From: a virus
Virus record (IMG/VR): IMGVR_UViG_3300050343_000218
Strand: one strand, 5' to 3'
Length of the DNA stretch: 64,000 nt
The notes below the pieces were generated by a model. That model was not told where the DNA came from. It was given only the letters and a program-made list of their open reading frames with translations, and searched no databases. Shown one piece after another: positions 14,430 to 26,600 of this stretch (position 1 is its first letter; every line of letters begins with the position of its first letter). The position numbers were made by a program, and so were the translations under genes.

Positions 14430-15685
14430 TGGAAATCTAATCCTCCAACAAAACCAAGCCAAGAAAGACCATTGTTAGTAGTAGATAGAGTAACAACATC
14501 AATTCTACCTGAAGTTGTGGACATCGTAGGAATTGTACCACTTGCCCATTTAGTATTGGTTGGCCAAGCTACACTGTAACTACCGTTAGATGTCATTACC
14601 AATGTAATAGAGACAGCACGAGAGTTTTCAGGTAGAGTAACAGTCATAGAACTGATGATCTCTGTCCGTGTAATAGTAAACACAGAAGCAGTTGTTGCAT
14701 CAAGATCGACTACTCCAGAAGCGATAGTAACATTACTTACAGCTTCATCAAAGCAACCATTAATTCTAATTGGAGTATTGACTTGCAATAAAGCAGAGGT
14801 CAGCATAAACTTGTTAGTACCACCCAGATCCATATTGACCGTAGGAGCACTAGTATCTGCATTAGATAAAGTAAAGACACCACCGTCATTAACCAAGGAA
14901 ACTGGTTCATTTCTTAGTGAGTTTTTATGTAAATGAACACCAGATTTTTGTGCCTGTGATGTGTTTGGCATCACCTCAATGAACGTACCAAATGCATTGG
15001 TATGATCAGATCTAAAGCGAGCGACTACATCATCTGCAGTTGCAGTTGCAATTGATTTAACGTCCAATCGTACAGCAGGCACAGATGTACCAACACCAAC
15101 ACGATCATTGGTTGAATCAAACATCAAACCACTAGTTTTAACAGAAAATCCTGTACTAGAAGCTATAGTAGTGGCAGTGATAGTAGCAGGCAATCTTGCG
15201 TTATCAATAGTGCCACTAGTGATTTGAGGTCCACTAATATTATATGTGAGCTGATTAGCACCTTCCCAGATACTACTAGCACGGAACGTTCCCGTAACAT
15301 CCAGATCATATGCAGGAGATCCTGCAGCACTACCAGTCACTGCAATCGAAGGAACTGAGAGAAGATCAGTAGCAGGATCAAATGTAAATCCAGCTTCAGC
15401 ACCCAGTGCTAAACCAGATCGATACTGAACCTGATTAGATGTGGTACCACCAGGTTGCAAACCACCAGCGAGACCACCACCAGCAAATAGATTCCAGTAA
15501 CCAGTGTTTACTGTACCAGTGACTGATGGTCCTTGATTTGTATGTGCAGCAACGCAAATGTAAGTACTAACGGTACTTCCGTCGTCATACCATACTAGAT
15601 CATCAACCACATAGTCTGTGGAAGATGACCAGTTGCCTTGCCAAGTAAGTTTAATCTTACCAACGTCGATGAAAAATTCTGCCAT
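14426..15685 (-). CDS. tail fibre, paralogue A
   Basis: Shares N- and C-terminal domains with 12840..13757; fibre-type GVGTSVPAVRLDV repeat. Confidence 0.8.
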   Translation of the reverse strand: MAEFFIDVGKIKLTWQGNWSSSTDYVVDDLVWYDDGSTVSTYICVAAHTNQGPSVTGTVNTGYWNLFAGGGLAGGLQPGGTTSNQVQYRSGLALGAEAGFTFDPATDLLSVPSIAVTGSAAGSPAYDLDVTGTFRASSIWEGANQLTYNISGPQITSGTIDNARLPATITATTIASSTGFSVKTSGLMFDSTNDRVGVGTSVPAVRLDVKSIATATADDVVARFRSDHTNAFGTFIEVMPNTSQAQKSGVHLHKNSLRNEPVSLVNDGGVFTLSNADTSAPTVNMDLGGTNKFMLTSALLQVNTPIRINGCFDEAVSNVTIASGVVDLDATTASVFTITRTEIISSMTVTLPENSRAVSITLVMTSNGSYSVAWPTNTKWASGTIPTMSTTSGRIDVVTLSTTNNGLSWLGFVGGLDFQ

Positions 15686-17632
15686 TTATCTTACTGTGAC
15701 GACAAGATGCCCACTACTATCTATATTGAATTCCAGACCGCTTGGTGCGAAGAACTGGTGTGTATTCAAATTAGATGAATATTCGGCATAAGAAACGTTT
15801 GTTTGTCTACCAGCATATACAATTGTTAAGTTTGTATCACCTGGTTGAGGTTTGCGAATGATGTAATAATCACCAGCATCACCAGACTCTTTCCAGTTTG
15901 CACCGTTATAAGTCTTGAATGTACTTTGAGCAGTATTATAGAATACTTGACCCACTGTGGGTGCTGCAGGATCAACAGCACCACTGATATCAATCTTAGG
16001 TGATGTTACAGCGCCATTATCAAGTTTAGATGTCTCTACAGCACTGTCACGCATTGTAGCTGCAGTAACTGCTTGAGATCCAGGGGTTTGATTCAATTTA
16101 GGTTCAGTTACAGCTCCATTTTGGAGGTTATCTGTAATAATACCACCCTGAGCAATTTTAGCTGCAGTGACAGCATCATCTGCAAGTTTTGGTGTCGTTA
16201 CACTTAGGTTAATGATCTTATTGGTTGACACCGAAAGATCATCTAGTGTGTCTGTCTGGACTCTTGTGAAGTCTTGCAGCGTACCAGTTGCGGTTGAAGG
16301 CGACTGGAATACATACCCTGCTGAATAAGCAGAGTAGATGCTGCTATTATAATAACGAACCCTAACGTAATAGTTAGTGGAAGGACGAATAGAGTCAAGA
16401 GGAATTGGGAATGTAGTTTTGTTTGTATTATCTTCTGTTGCAACGATCACTAGATTGGCGAAAGCTGCATCAGTTGCAACTTGCCAGTCACTATTAATGT
16501 GTGATTGTGTCGTTGATTGTGTAGCAACAAATGGTGATGTAACCACGTCTAGTCTATCGTAGATAGTAGATTCGATAACACTACTAACAAACGGACACTG
16601 TATTTCTCCAGGAACAGCAACAGTATTAAACTGTACAGGTTCTGACCATTCAGAATACCAATACTGTGCCTGCAAGTCAACATACTCGTAACGAACACGT
16701 ACAAAGTATGTCTTAGCTTCTTCTAGGATACCTAAAGAAAGAGTGAGACTTGTCTTATTGTTAATGTCATTCTGTGCTCTATGTACAAGACCACTAGTAT
16801 TATCAATCTGTGGTGATGGTGCACCAGATGCTCCAGGTGCACTGCCTGAGCTGCTACCAAATGTAGGAGAAAATGCAACTTCCCAGGTACTTGATACGTG
16901 AGTAGCACCATTACTACCAGTAAATCCACTGGATGTAATTGTAGGTGTAATGATTACATTAGAAGCATCAGCTACAGGAGAAAGAATAGCAGGACGATTA
17001 ATCTTAGGGTTAACATTAATCTGAGTGTCAGTATAGAATGATACTGGACTACTATAACTTGAGTACGTACCCAGGTTATCCTTATATCTTATTCTCACAT
17101 AATATAGATTATTATATGAAAGAGTTTGTGGAGTATATTGCGTCAGACTTGAGGGTGAATCGATCAGCTCCTCAACTATAGTAGTAAAGAGAAGATCGCT
17201 AGCGATCTGCCAATCAGTTCTAGTGTGAGTATTACCACCAACAAATGCAGATGATGTAATAACAGGAATCAATGGGGTTGGAGAAGAGATAGTAACAACA
17301 GGTGTTTCAATTGGAAGACCCGTGTTAAATTCTGCTACCTGTGACCAGTTAGAAATCTCAGATGCATCATCGCGATGTCTAACACGAACATAATAGAACG
17401 TGTCAGATACTAACGTAGCAGCTGGAATTGTCAGACTATTTAAGTTGACAGTATCATTCTGATTGTAAACTAATGATGCTGATGAGAAGGTATCCGATGT
17501 GGCGACTTGCCAGTCTGTCGAGTCGTGAGTACCAACTCCAGCTTCCCCAAAGAACGTTGTAGCGTTCAATGTGGGAGTTAGGGAAGATGGTGACGGAATG
17601 CTTCCCAACGCTGGTGGGTAAATTAATGCCAT
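15686..17632 (-). CDS. virion fibre/decoration protein with four FnIII-like repeats
   Basis: Four copies of DWQVA..F......YYVRVRY.....S.WS....F.T followed by VT..KL fibre repeats. Confidence 0.75.
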   Translation of the reverse strand: MALIYPPALGSIPSPSSLTPTLNATTFFGEAGVGTHDSTDWQVATSDTFSSASLVYNQNDTVNLNSLTIPAATLVSDTFYYVRVRHRDDASEISNWSQVAEFNTGLPIETPVVTISSPTPLIPVITSSAFVGGNTHTRTDWQIASDLLFTTIVEELIDSPSSLTQYTPQTLSYNNLYYVRIRYKDNLGTYSSYSSPVSFYTDTQINVNPKINRPAILSPVADASNVIITPTITSSGFTGSNGATHVSSTWEVAFSPTFGSSSGSAPGASGAPSPQIDNTSGLVHRAQNDINNKTSLTLSLGILEEAKTYFVRVRYEYVDLQAQYWYSEWSEPVQFNTVAVPGEIQCPFVSSVIESTIYDRLDVVTSPFVATQSTTQSHINSDWQVATDAAFANLVIVATEDNTNKTTFPIPLDSIRPSTNYYVRVRYYNSSIYSAYSAGYVFQSPSTATGTLQDFTRVQTDTLDDLSVSTNKIINLSVTTPKLADDAVTAAKIAQGGIITDNLQNGAVTEPKLNQTPGSQAVTAATMRDSAVETSKLDNGAVTSPKIDISGAVDPAAPTVGQVFYNTAQSTFKTYNGANWKESGDAGDYYIIRKPQPGDTNLTIVYAGRQTNVSYAEYSSNLNTHQFFAPSGLEFNIDSSGHLVVTVR

Positions 17633-17656
17633 TTTGCTTGTTTGCTATACTTTAAT

Positions 17657-20600
17657 TTATGCGCAAGTGGGGTTACAATCGCCTAGGTAAGAGAACAGAA
17701 CTGGCCACGGAGCAGGGATCTGGAAGTCCAATGCTCTAGGTGCAATTCCATCAGTTACCTTAATTTGTGCAACACCTTCCATACCGATGATCGGTTGTTC
17801 ACCGTGACCACGGTCGCGGAGGGGTTTAATGAAGTTACAGAAGTAATCATTAGATGGTGTAATGCAAGCACCGTTAGAGGTGTATGCAAAATCATAAGTG
17901 TGGTCCTGGCAAGGATCAGCAACTGCCACAAGGTTAATCAAGTCAACCAAATCGAATGGAGACTCAACCAGCTCCACCCACAATGTGTAGACCTTTTGAG
18001 TACCACGTGCAGGGAAGATAGCAGGTTGAATGTCATTCTTAACAGAGAAGTCAACAGGAAGGTTGACGTTAGTGTCACCACGGAAAGGACACTCGCGAAG
18101 TACTCCAGTTGCCGCGGCCAATTGACCACTATAAGTAGAGAAGTCGCCAGTATTAACAATCGTAGGAGCGTTAGCGTGGGCAGGATTATTTGTAGTGTAA
18201 ACAGTTCTAGTACCACTATCAACGTTTTCCATATAAGGGAACTCATTGATCAGACGCAATCTCCAGGTAAACTGACCAGCATCGATTGTGTAAGAGACCG
18301 TCACATCTTGTGACTGGTTGTTACTCACAGTCAGATTCTGTGCACCTTTGTAGTAATCTTGTACTTGCAAGGTGTTGATGTCAATGTAAGGCAGTGCACT
18401 CAAAGGTGCAGGACCCACGTCAATAACGAAAGAGCGAACTAAGACGTTACCAAAGTAATCGCCACAAGTCAGAGTAGTATCAACGAAGCCTTGATCGTGA
18501 CGCAGATAACCATTAGAAACGGTACCAGTCCAACCATTAGCATACTCATACCACCACATACCCATTTCAGGTGGGTTAGCAATAGCACTGATTTCGTTCG
18601 ACACAGAAGATAATGCATCGCCATTACCAACCACAACTTGATAAGCATACGGGTCATTTACACCACTTGGGATGCCCTTACAAGGAAGGTCAGTAACACG
18701 AAGCACAGTACCATCGTTTGCCAACGGAGGCTGTAGTTGTGAAGAAGATTGAACAGGAATTTCAATCTGAGGACCACCATAGTTCACACGAAGTGGGAAG
18801 TCTTCATCGAATGAAACGTAGTTCGCTTCGTAGATGCTAGCACCATCGAGAACACAAGAAGAATGATATGCAGTAGTATTGTTACCGTAATCTCTCCTGG
18901 ATCTATAATGTGGTGACTTGAGAGGAACATAAGTAGAACTGGTGTTAGCAACAGTGTCCCAGTTATAGGACTTAACGCCAGTAGAGGTATCATAACTATA
19001 AAGCTTTCTGTACCAGTTGAACTCGATGTTCTGGTCAGTACAAACAAGATTCACTGGGTAACGACCATCCTTAGGGGATTTGTTACTAGACTGATACGGT
19101 AACGTGTTAGGGAAGTGTGTTAAAGCACCATACTCAGTCACAACAGAGTAAGAACTCGAAGTGATTGATGTAGCGCCAGATTCCATTGTCAGCAGAGGTT
19201 GTGCAGGAACTGCAGGGATATTAGTAAGACCAAGCTGTAACGTATTGGAAAGCAATGCATTGAATACGCTGGTGAAATCAAGGTGCTGTGTAGCAAATGT
19301 AGTACCACCTGCCTGACCGAAGTAGAAGACAGAACCAGCTTGAGCTTCATCAACGATAAGATCGACCCAAGCACCTGGTGTGCCAGGAGTACCGTAACGT
19401 CTAACGTTAGTGCCAATGTATGCACTACCAGTAGCAGATTCTCTCAGTTCTAGGTTCTTACCAACCCAGGAAGCATCGCTAATATCAAAGCGATACGTAG
19501 CACCTTTGGGTACTTCAAACACAGTAGAACCAGACTCGTTAATGACAGTAGCATAGTCATTACCAGTAGCAACTAGATTGAATGTCAAGCGATAACGCAT
19601 CTTGAGGCGGAAGAAATCTTGATCATAATTCCACCATTTGTTAACAATGAGGAAAGAGATTGCAATTTCGTGTCCTGTGACATCTTCAAAAGTCTCATTG
19701 TAAGAGTAGAATTGATCTCTCGCTGCCAAATTATTCTCGAACCAATCGCCTTCTTCAATCTGACAAGATTGACCAGCAGCAACAGGACCAGTAGAATACT
19801 CGTTAATGTTATGCCATATGAAACCTGCACCTTTATCTCCCCAAATTTGCCACTGAGGAAGATAATCAAATTGAGTATTTTCGTAACCAGTTTGATATGC
19901 AAGAACACTGAATGACTTATAGCTCAGAGGACGTGAATACCACTTATTCTCTTCCCAGATAAGATCATCATTAGGTTGTCCGTCTTTCTTAGTGACAGTC
20001 AAGTAATCAATTGTTCTCGAAGCACCACCAGTCTTCAGCGCAACATTCTGTACTGTAACAGTAGTGTTAGTAAGCTGAATAGTATACTCTTGAGTCTGAC
20101 CAGAAATATTTTCTTCTACAGTCAGTGTCAAGTCAAGGGTTGTGTTGTTGATCAACGTACCACTCAAGACACCAGTTTCGGTATCGAATGCAAGACCAGT
20201 ACCAACAATAGAATCACCAGTCAGTGAATAATCTCTATCGAGAATTGTCTCTGCAGCATATGTTCTTAAGAAAGAAACACCAAGCTGAAGGTTGATAACA
20301 TCACCGATGTTAAATGTACCCAAAGCACCTGCAGGTGTGTACCACGTGGTCAACAGGTTGATATAAGGAGAGAACAGACCGCGAACATAACCGCCATCAA
20401 CACCCTTATCTGTAGGAAGGTAAACGATCTCATCACCTTCACCATTTCCAGCATCTTCTTGAGCTTCAGTCTGGAAATATAGTTTGTTGCCAACAGGATT
20501 TTCATCCATCCAGCGTTGGATACCATCAGCACGTTGATGAGTACCGTTCAAATTAGCAATCTTGATCAGATTGCCACCAGTTTCAGACTGAACACCAGTA

Positions 20601-23600
20601 AACTGAGCAGCATCAGGTTCAATTGTAATTCTGCTGTTAGCAGTATCAACATCAGTAATGGTTTGCCAGTATCTCTGAAGCACGTTGAATTGCACACCAC
20701 CAATGTCATAGACATAGGAGGATCCTTCTACAGCATTACCACCAGGATAGACAGGATCTGAGTAGAAGTAGTCACCCATTATGTAAGGATATGCAGGAGC
20801 TCCATTCTGATCTTCAGTGATGAAGTAAGCATAGGTTCCATTCGGATAGTCAGGTGTCACACAGTAGCGACCATTTCTGCTATCAACGTCACCGATGATA
20901 ATACGCTCACCCATATTAGAGTGATTGTAGCAGAAGTAGTACAACACGTGGGGAGCATTTGATGCAGGAGTATACTCAATGCTTCTCAAAGTAGCAGTGT
21001 CAAATCCTGCGACATATTCAGAATATGTTACTACAACATCTTCCAACTTGTACACAACACCGATTGTATAAACAGCGTTAACATCACCAGGAGACGATCC
21101 TGCAACGTGCCAACCTTGTGCTTGAGCATCACCATTAGTTGATAGCAGCATCATATGGCTGGTATTTGAACTATCAGAAAGGTTAAAGGTATACTTTCTA
21201 CCTTTCTTAAAGTTAAATGATGGTTTCTCAGCAGAACCACTTAATGTTCCACCAGAGATATAATAGCGACCACCACTACCACTAACAGTAGCAGCTGCAG
21301 CTTGAACATTGTAAGTAATGTCAGTAATATTATCTTCTTCGCTACCGCCTTGGAATTCAAAGTCTTCGTTAAAAGATCCAATAGGATAGGTTGTTTTGTC
21401 TGGACGTGATCCAAACATATCAGGAACTCTATTCTCTAGTTTCGGCAGATATGCAGGCTTCATACGAATAACCGCACTGCTATTGTCATCACGATCAGAA
21501 TAACCGTAAGGACCATAGATTGGATAACCGTCAAATGTCATACCAAGAATCTTGGAGTGACCGTTAGTATGACGCTTGTAATCACCCTGAACATTGCTGT
21601 TCACGACAGATTGATTACCCATACGTGGATGATTCACACAGACATAATACAGCAATGCAGGAGAGTTTTGAGGAACAACGATTGTAACCGTACGAGTAGT
21701 AGCACTATTGAAGCTATTGCTGAAAGTAACAGCATCAACTGCAGCACCATCCAATCTGTAAGTAACACCATCGCTATAACGAACACCACCATTATGAATA
21801 CCATCATCAGTGGTGGAGAAGTACATCGGGTGATTATCATTAGAAGAATCACTTAGATCAAAGATGTAAGTGTTACCTCTAGTGAAGTCCAGTTGTGGAG
21901 CTTCAACGTTAACGGTGTACGTATCACCACGGAGTACATAGTTATTAAGACTACCTTGATTGTAGTAAGGAGCTGATGCTGACTTAGTATCAGTGGTAAT
22001 AATATAGTTAACAGTACGATATCCTAGATCGTAGTAAGATTGAGACAGATAGTTAGAACCAGAAACAGCAACGGTGCCGTATGCACTCAACAGTTTGCTT
22101 GAGTTATAACCATAAACGTTAGCAGCACTTGGATAACCACCATAAGAGTCTTCACCCACGAGGTTACCATTAGTAACTGTATTGTATGTCCAACCAGGAG
22201 TAGGACCATTCTCGAAGGAATAGTGGTACAGGAATGTACCAGTAGTAGTAATACCGAAAGCATTTACACTGCGTAAAGGCTTCATCTCTACCAAGCTGGC
22301 AGATGCATAGTTAGTACCACCTCTCCAGTTAAAGTTCTGGTTAAAGGATTGCTTATCAATACTATTTGGGTTACCTGCAGTAATAGCAATCTGTGCAACA
22401 GATGTTGCTTGCACACCACCACTAACGTTTGGAGGATTAATAGTAACAGTAGGAGAAGTTGTGTATCCAGAACCCTGTTCAATCAAGTTAAGACCAGAAA
22501 CATAACCATCTAGCACTGAGATATTAGGAGATGCTACTGTACCAACACCGCCGCCACCACTAAATGTGATGTTAGCGTAAGTATAACCAACACCTTGATC
22601 AGTTACATTAATAGTATCAACTACACCAATTTGTGTACCAATCGTACACACAGAAGATGCAGGTTGCTCAAAGATTGGGTTTTGCGGTGCAGTGTCAGCT
22701 TCAGTGACTGGTTCGCCGTAGTACCTATCTCCTAGAATATATGGGAATGCAGGATTAGCAGAAGCATCGAATGTAGTGAAGTATGCATATGTGCCGCCAG
22801 GGAATTCAGGAGTGACACAGTAGCGACCATTGCAACGATCTAAGTTGCCACCACCAAGGTACTGATAGTCTTCCACAAATGAACCCATCGGATATGCCGT
22901 AGTAGACGGAGCATAACCAACTGGTTCAGTCAGAGTAATCGTACCTGTCATTGCCTGATGATTTTCGCAGACGTAATAATAAGTTCCAGGGGCTGTAGTT
23001 GTAGTACTCCACAACAACGTAGCATTGTAGCTACCATTGTTAACAACACCAGCAACAACTTGTGCAGGGTTATAAGGTGCAGGAACTTTCTGAATCCAGA
23101 AAGGATGAGTAATTGTAGTTCCACCGCCACCACCAGCAGACTGGATAGTGATAGTACCGACCATACCGCCGTGATACTCACACTGATAATAGTAAGTACC
23201 AGCAGAACCAATACCTGGAGTCCAAGCGACAGTACCAGACTGAGTACCTTGATTACTAACACCAGAGATTTGATTGCCAGTACCAGTACCAGCTGCAGTT
23301 TTTAGATAGAATGGGTGACCAGATGCAGACACCGTGAAGTTAATAGTATCACCTTCATAGAATGTCAGACTAGGATCAGATCCACTAACGTTGCCAGTTC
23401 TATCAGAACCAGAGACAGTGTAATCGCTAAAACCACTTGCAGTAACAACTAAGTTATAAGTTGCAGGTGTACTACCACCGCCACCACCAGTAGTATAAGA
23501 AGCATTGACGTTGAACACAAGGTTGTCGCCAATGTTAGCAGCGATTGCAATATCACTACCAATTGCTTCTCCAGTAAAATCAAAGTCTAAGCTATCATCA

Positions 23601-26600
23601 GCAGTAACACCCCAGGTGTACGTAGATCCACTATATTGTGTCCCATCACGCTCTCCCTTAACACCCCAAGAACTTTGCATTCTTGAAAGTGTGGTGGGTG
23701 AACCAGGACTTGAATAACCAATAGGACCGTAGATTGGATAACCATCGTATGCATAACCAATCACAGGAGAGTGATGAGTTGCATTAATAATATCTGCAGT
23801 TGTATGCGAAGGAAGAGCTGCAGTGTTTGTAGTTGTAGTCACAGATGCAGCATTGCCGTATCCAGAATACAATGAGCAGTAGTAGTAGAGATTAGGGGTG
23901 TCAGGTTGAACTTGAAGATATAAACCTGTACCAGATACACCGTCACCAGGTGTACCTTGATAACGATATCCAATCTCGTATGCAACACCGCCTTGAGTAT
24001 GCACACCATCCTGAGTTTCAGAGATTCTGAAAGGATAACCAGCGTTACTTACATCACTCTGATCAAAGTAATAAGTATTACCTTCAGTGAGAATGATATT
24101 AGGTGTCAGACCATTGTTAAGGTAGTACTTGTTACCACCACCAGGATCATTAATGGTTACAGTATAGGTTGTAGAAGAACCTTTCCAAGTATTAACTAAG
24201 AAATTACCTGTAATGTAGTGATACATACCAGAACCATCTACAACACCGCTACCATTATCAGCGCCAAATGCAGTAGAGTTGAAAATTTTGTTGAAGGTAT
24301 ATCCATCAGGACAACCAGTACCATCAGGCAAATCAACATTCAAACCGTGCGAAAGATGACGCAGTTGTACACCATTCAGCGCCATACCAATAGAAGGTTG
24401 AGCTAAAGTAGATGTAGGAGATTCATCGGAAATATTTCTACCACCACGATAAACCCAGGTATGGTTGTAAGACTGACCTGTAATAGTATTGGAGTTATTG
24501 CTATTTGGGAAAGCTCCATACAATGCAGGTTGAGGCAGGTTATCTGCAATAACCGTCAGCAATCTTGTAGTCTGATTCAGTGACGAAGAGGTAGTAGAAC
24601 CACCGCCAGACACGAAAGAACTATCAGGAGCGTGGATAGTGTTACCTTGATTAGCTGCAGCAGAGATTGCAATGCCAACAGTAGGTGCCTCAGAATATCC
24701 TGATCCAGGATTAGAAATATTAACCGCACTAACGATACCATCAGTAATGACAGCTACAGCAGTAGCACCAGATCCACCACCACCAGTAAATGTAACTGCA
24801 GGAAGGTTTAGAGGATTATAACCAGAACCACCATTAGTAACCGTAACAGAATCAATACCACCACCAGTTAGAGAGATAACAGCTGTTGCAGTTGCGCCAG
24901 TACCATCACCAGCGATATCAACAGTAGGAGCTTCGGTATATCCAGCACCACTTTGATCAACGTTGATGCTTGTAATATTACCACCAGTCAGTGTGATGTC
25001 TGCGGTTGCAGTTGCACCAGTACCGCCACCACCAGTAAATGCAACAGATGGGACAATAGTATAACCAGAACCTTGATTCTGGATAGACAAGGTAGAAACA
25101 TAACCAGTAGTACCACCAGAAGGGAATACACCAGCAAGACCAGGAGCAGGATCGTTATCAGTGACAAGATTCAACAATCCGCCAGCTTGATAATATGCTG
25201 CTGTCGGTGATCCATCACTACTAACCCAAACGTCAGTGATGATATCCACTGAAGGAACTGCCTCAGGGATACGGAACTGCATCTTATCACCAACAGTAGC
25301 ATCGAATCTAGAGAATTCACTACCCAATGTGATAGACATTTCATTGGTGCCAGCACCAACAGCAATGTAAGTATTGATGCCATCGAGAGTAATCTCATCG
25401 ATGTCATTAGTAGGATAAACGTTTACACTACCACCACCATATTCTTCACCAACAGCGGATTGCGTTCTCTCGTAATCCCAATCAATTTCTCTACGAATCC
25501 ACTCTTTAGCAAGTTTAGGAACAGATTTGCCTTCATATGTTGCTCTGTTCTCATATCCTTTCTTGCCCAAATACTGCGCGATAACGCCAGCAGTCAGAGG
25601 ACCAGAGAATGAAGTACCACGAATATAAGCATAATAAATGGAACCAACAGAGCTGTAAGAACTGTTGGTGTTCCAATAATACTGAGGGCAGTAAATTGAT
25701 TCTCCAGGACCACTGGTGGTAACACCAGTACCATAGTTTGAGAATCCTGAGAATGTATTATTATATGCCGTAGCACCGACAGAAATCTTGTCGCTAATAC
25801 CCTCCATATTATATCTGTAGTCCTGAGGACCAGCAGTACGAGGACCAGGATTAAACTTAGCTTGGAATCCACCGTACTTAAAGTTATAACCGTAACCGTT
25901 ACCAGCAGAGCGAACGAATACGATTCCGTTTTCTACACAAAGATTTTCATAGTCGTCCATAGCAGTGTCTGCTTCATATGAACCACTATCGAATCCAGGT
26001 TCGTTCTGAGGAACGTAACGATAGACTTCAGACGGAATAGTACCAACACCCAGAGAAGCATTGATAATAGCTGGTCTAGTACTTCCTTTATAGTTAGGAT
26101 GAGCAGGATCGTTATGGTTGATGATTGCTAGTAGAGCAAACACATATGTGGACAATAGACCACTACCAGCGCTGTTCTGACATTTCAGTGCATAGAATCT
26201 AGTCTTACGTGCAACACCGTGCTCCAGACCACCAATTAGAATGGCACATTGACTACCGTGACCATTGTCATCTTCGTTAGAGTTTGCCTCACCATTTACA
26301 GTGTATCCTGAATTGTATCCAGGAACTTCATAGACACGATATTCAGCCTGATTAATAGCAGTATTGTAGTCATCAGCATAATCAGGGTGGAATAGTTCAG
26401 GGTGCAAGTTAGCACCAGTAACGTTAGTAGGACGTGATGCACCACGAATACCAGTATCAATAACATAACAGTCAACACCCTCACCGTGCTCGGTGTAAGA
26501 GTACAGACCATAATTCAGTGAATTTTGTTGCTGAGTGATACGTGCAAGATACCACTTACTAAAGATTGCGACTTTACAATGATCGGTAGCATTTAAGAAT

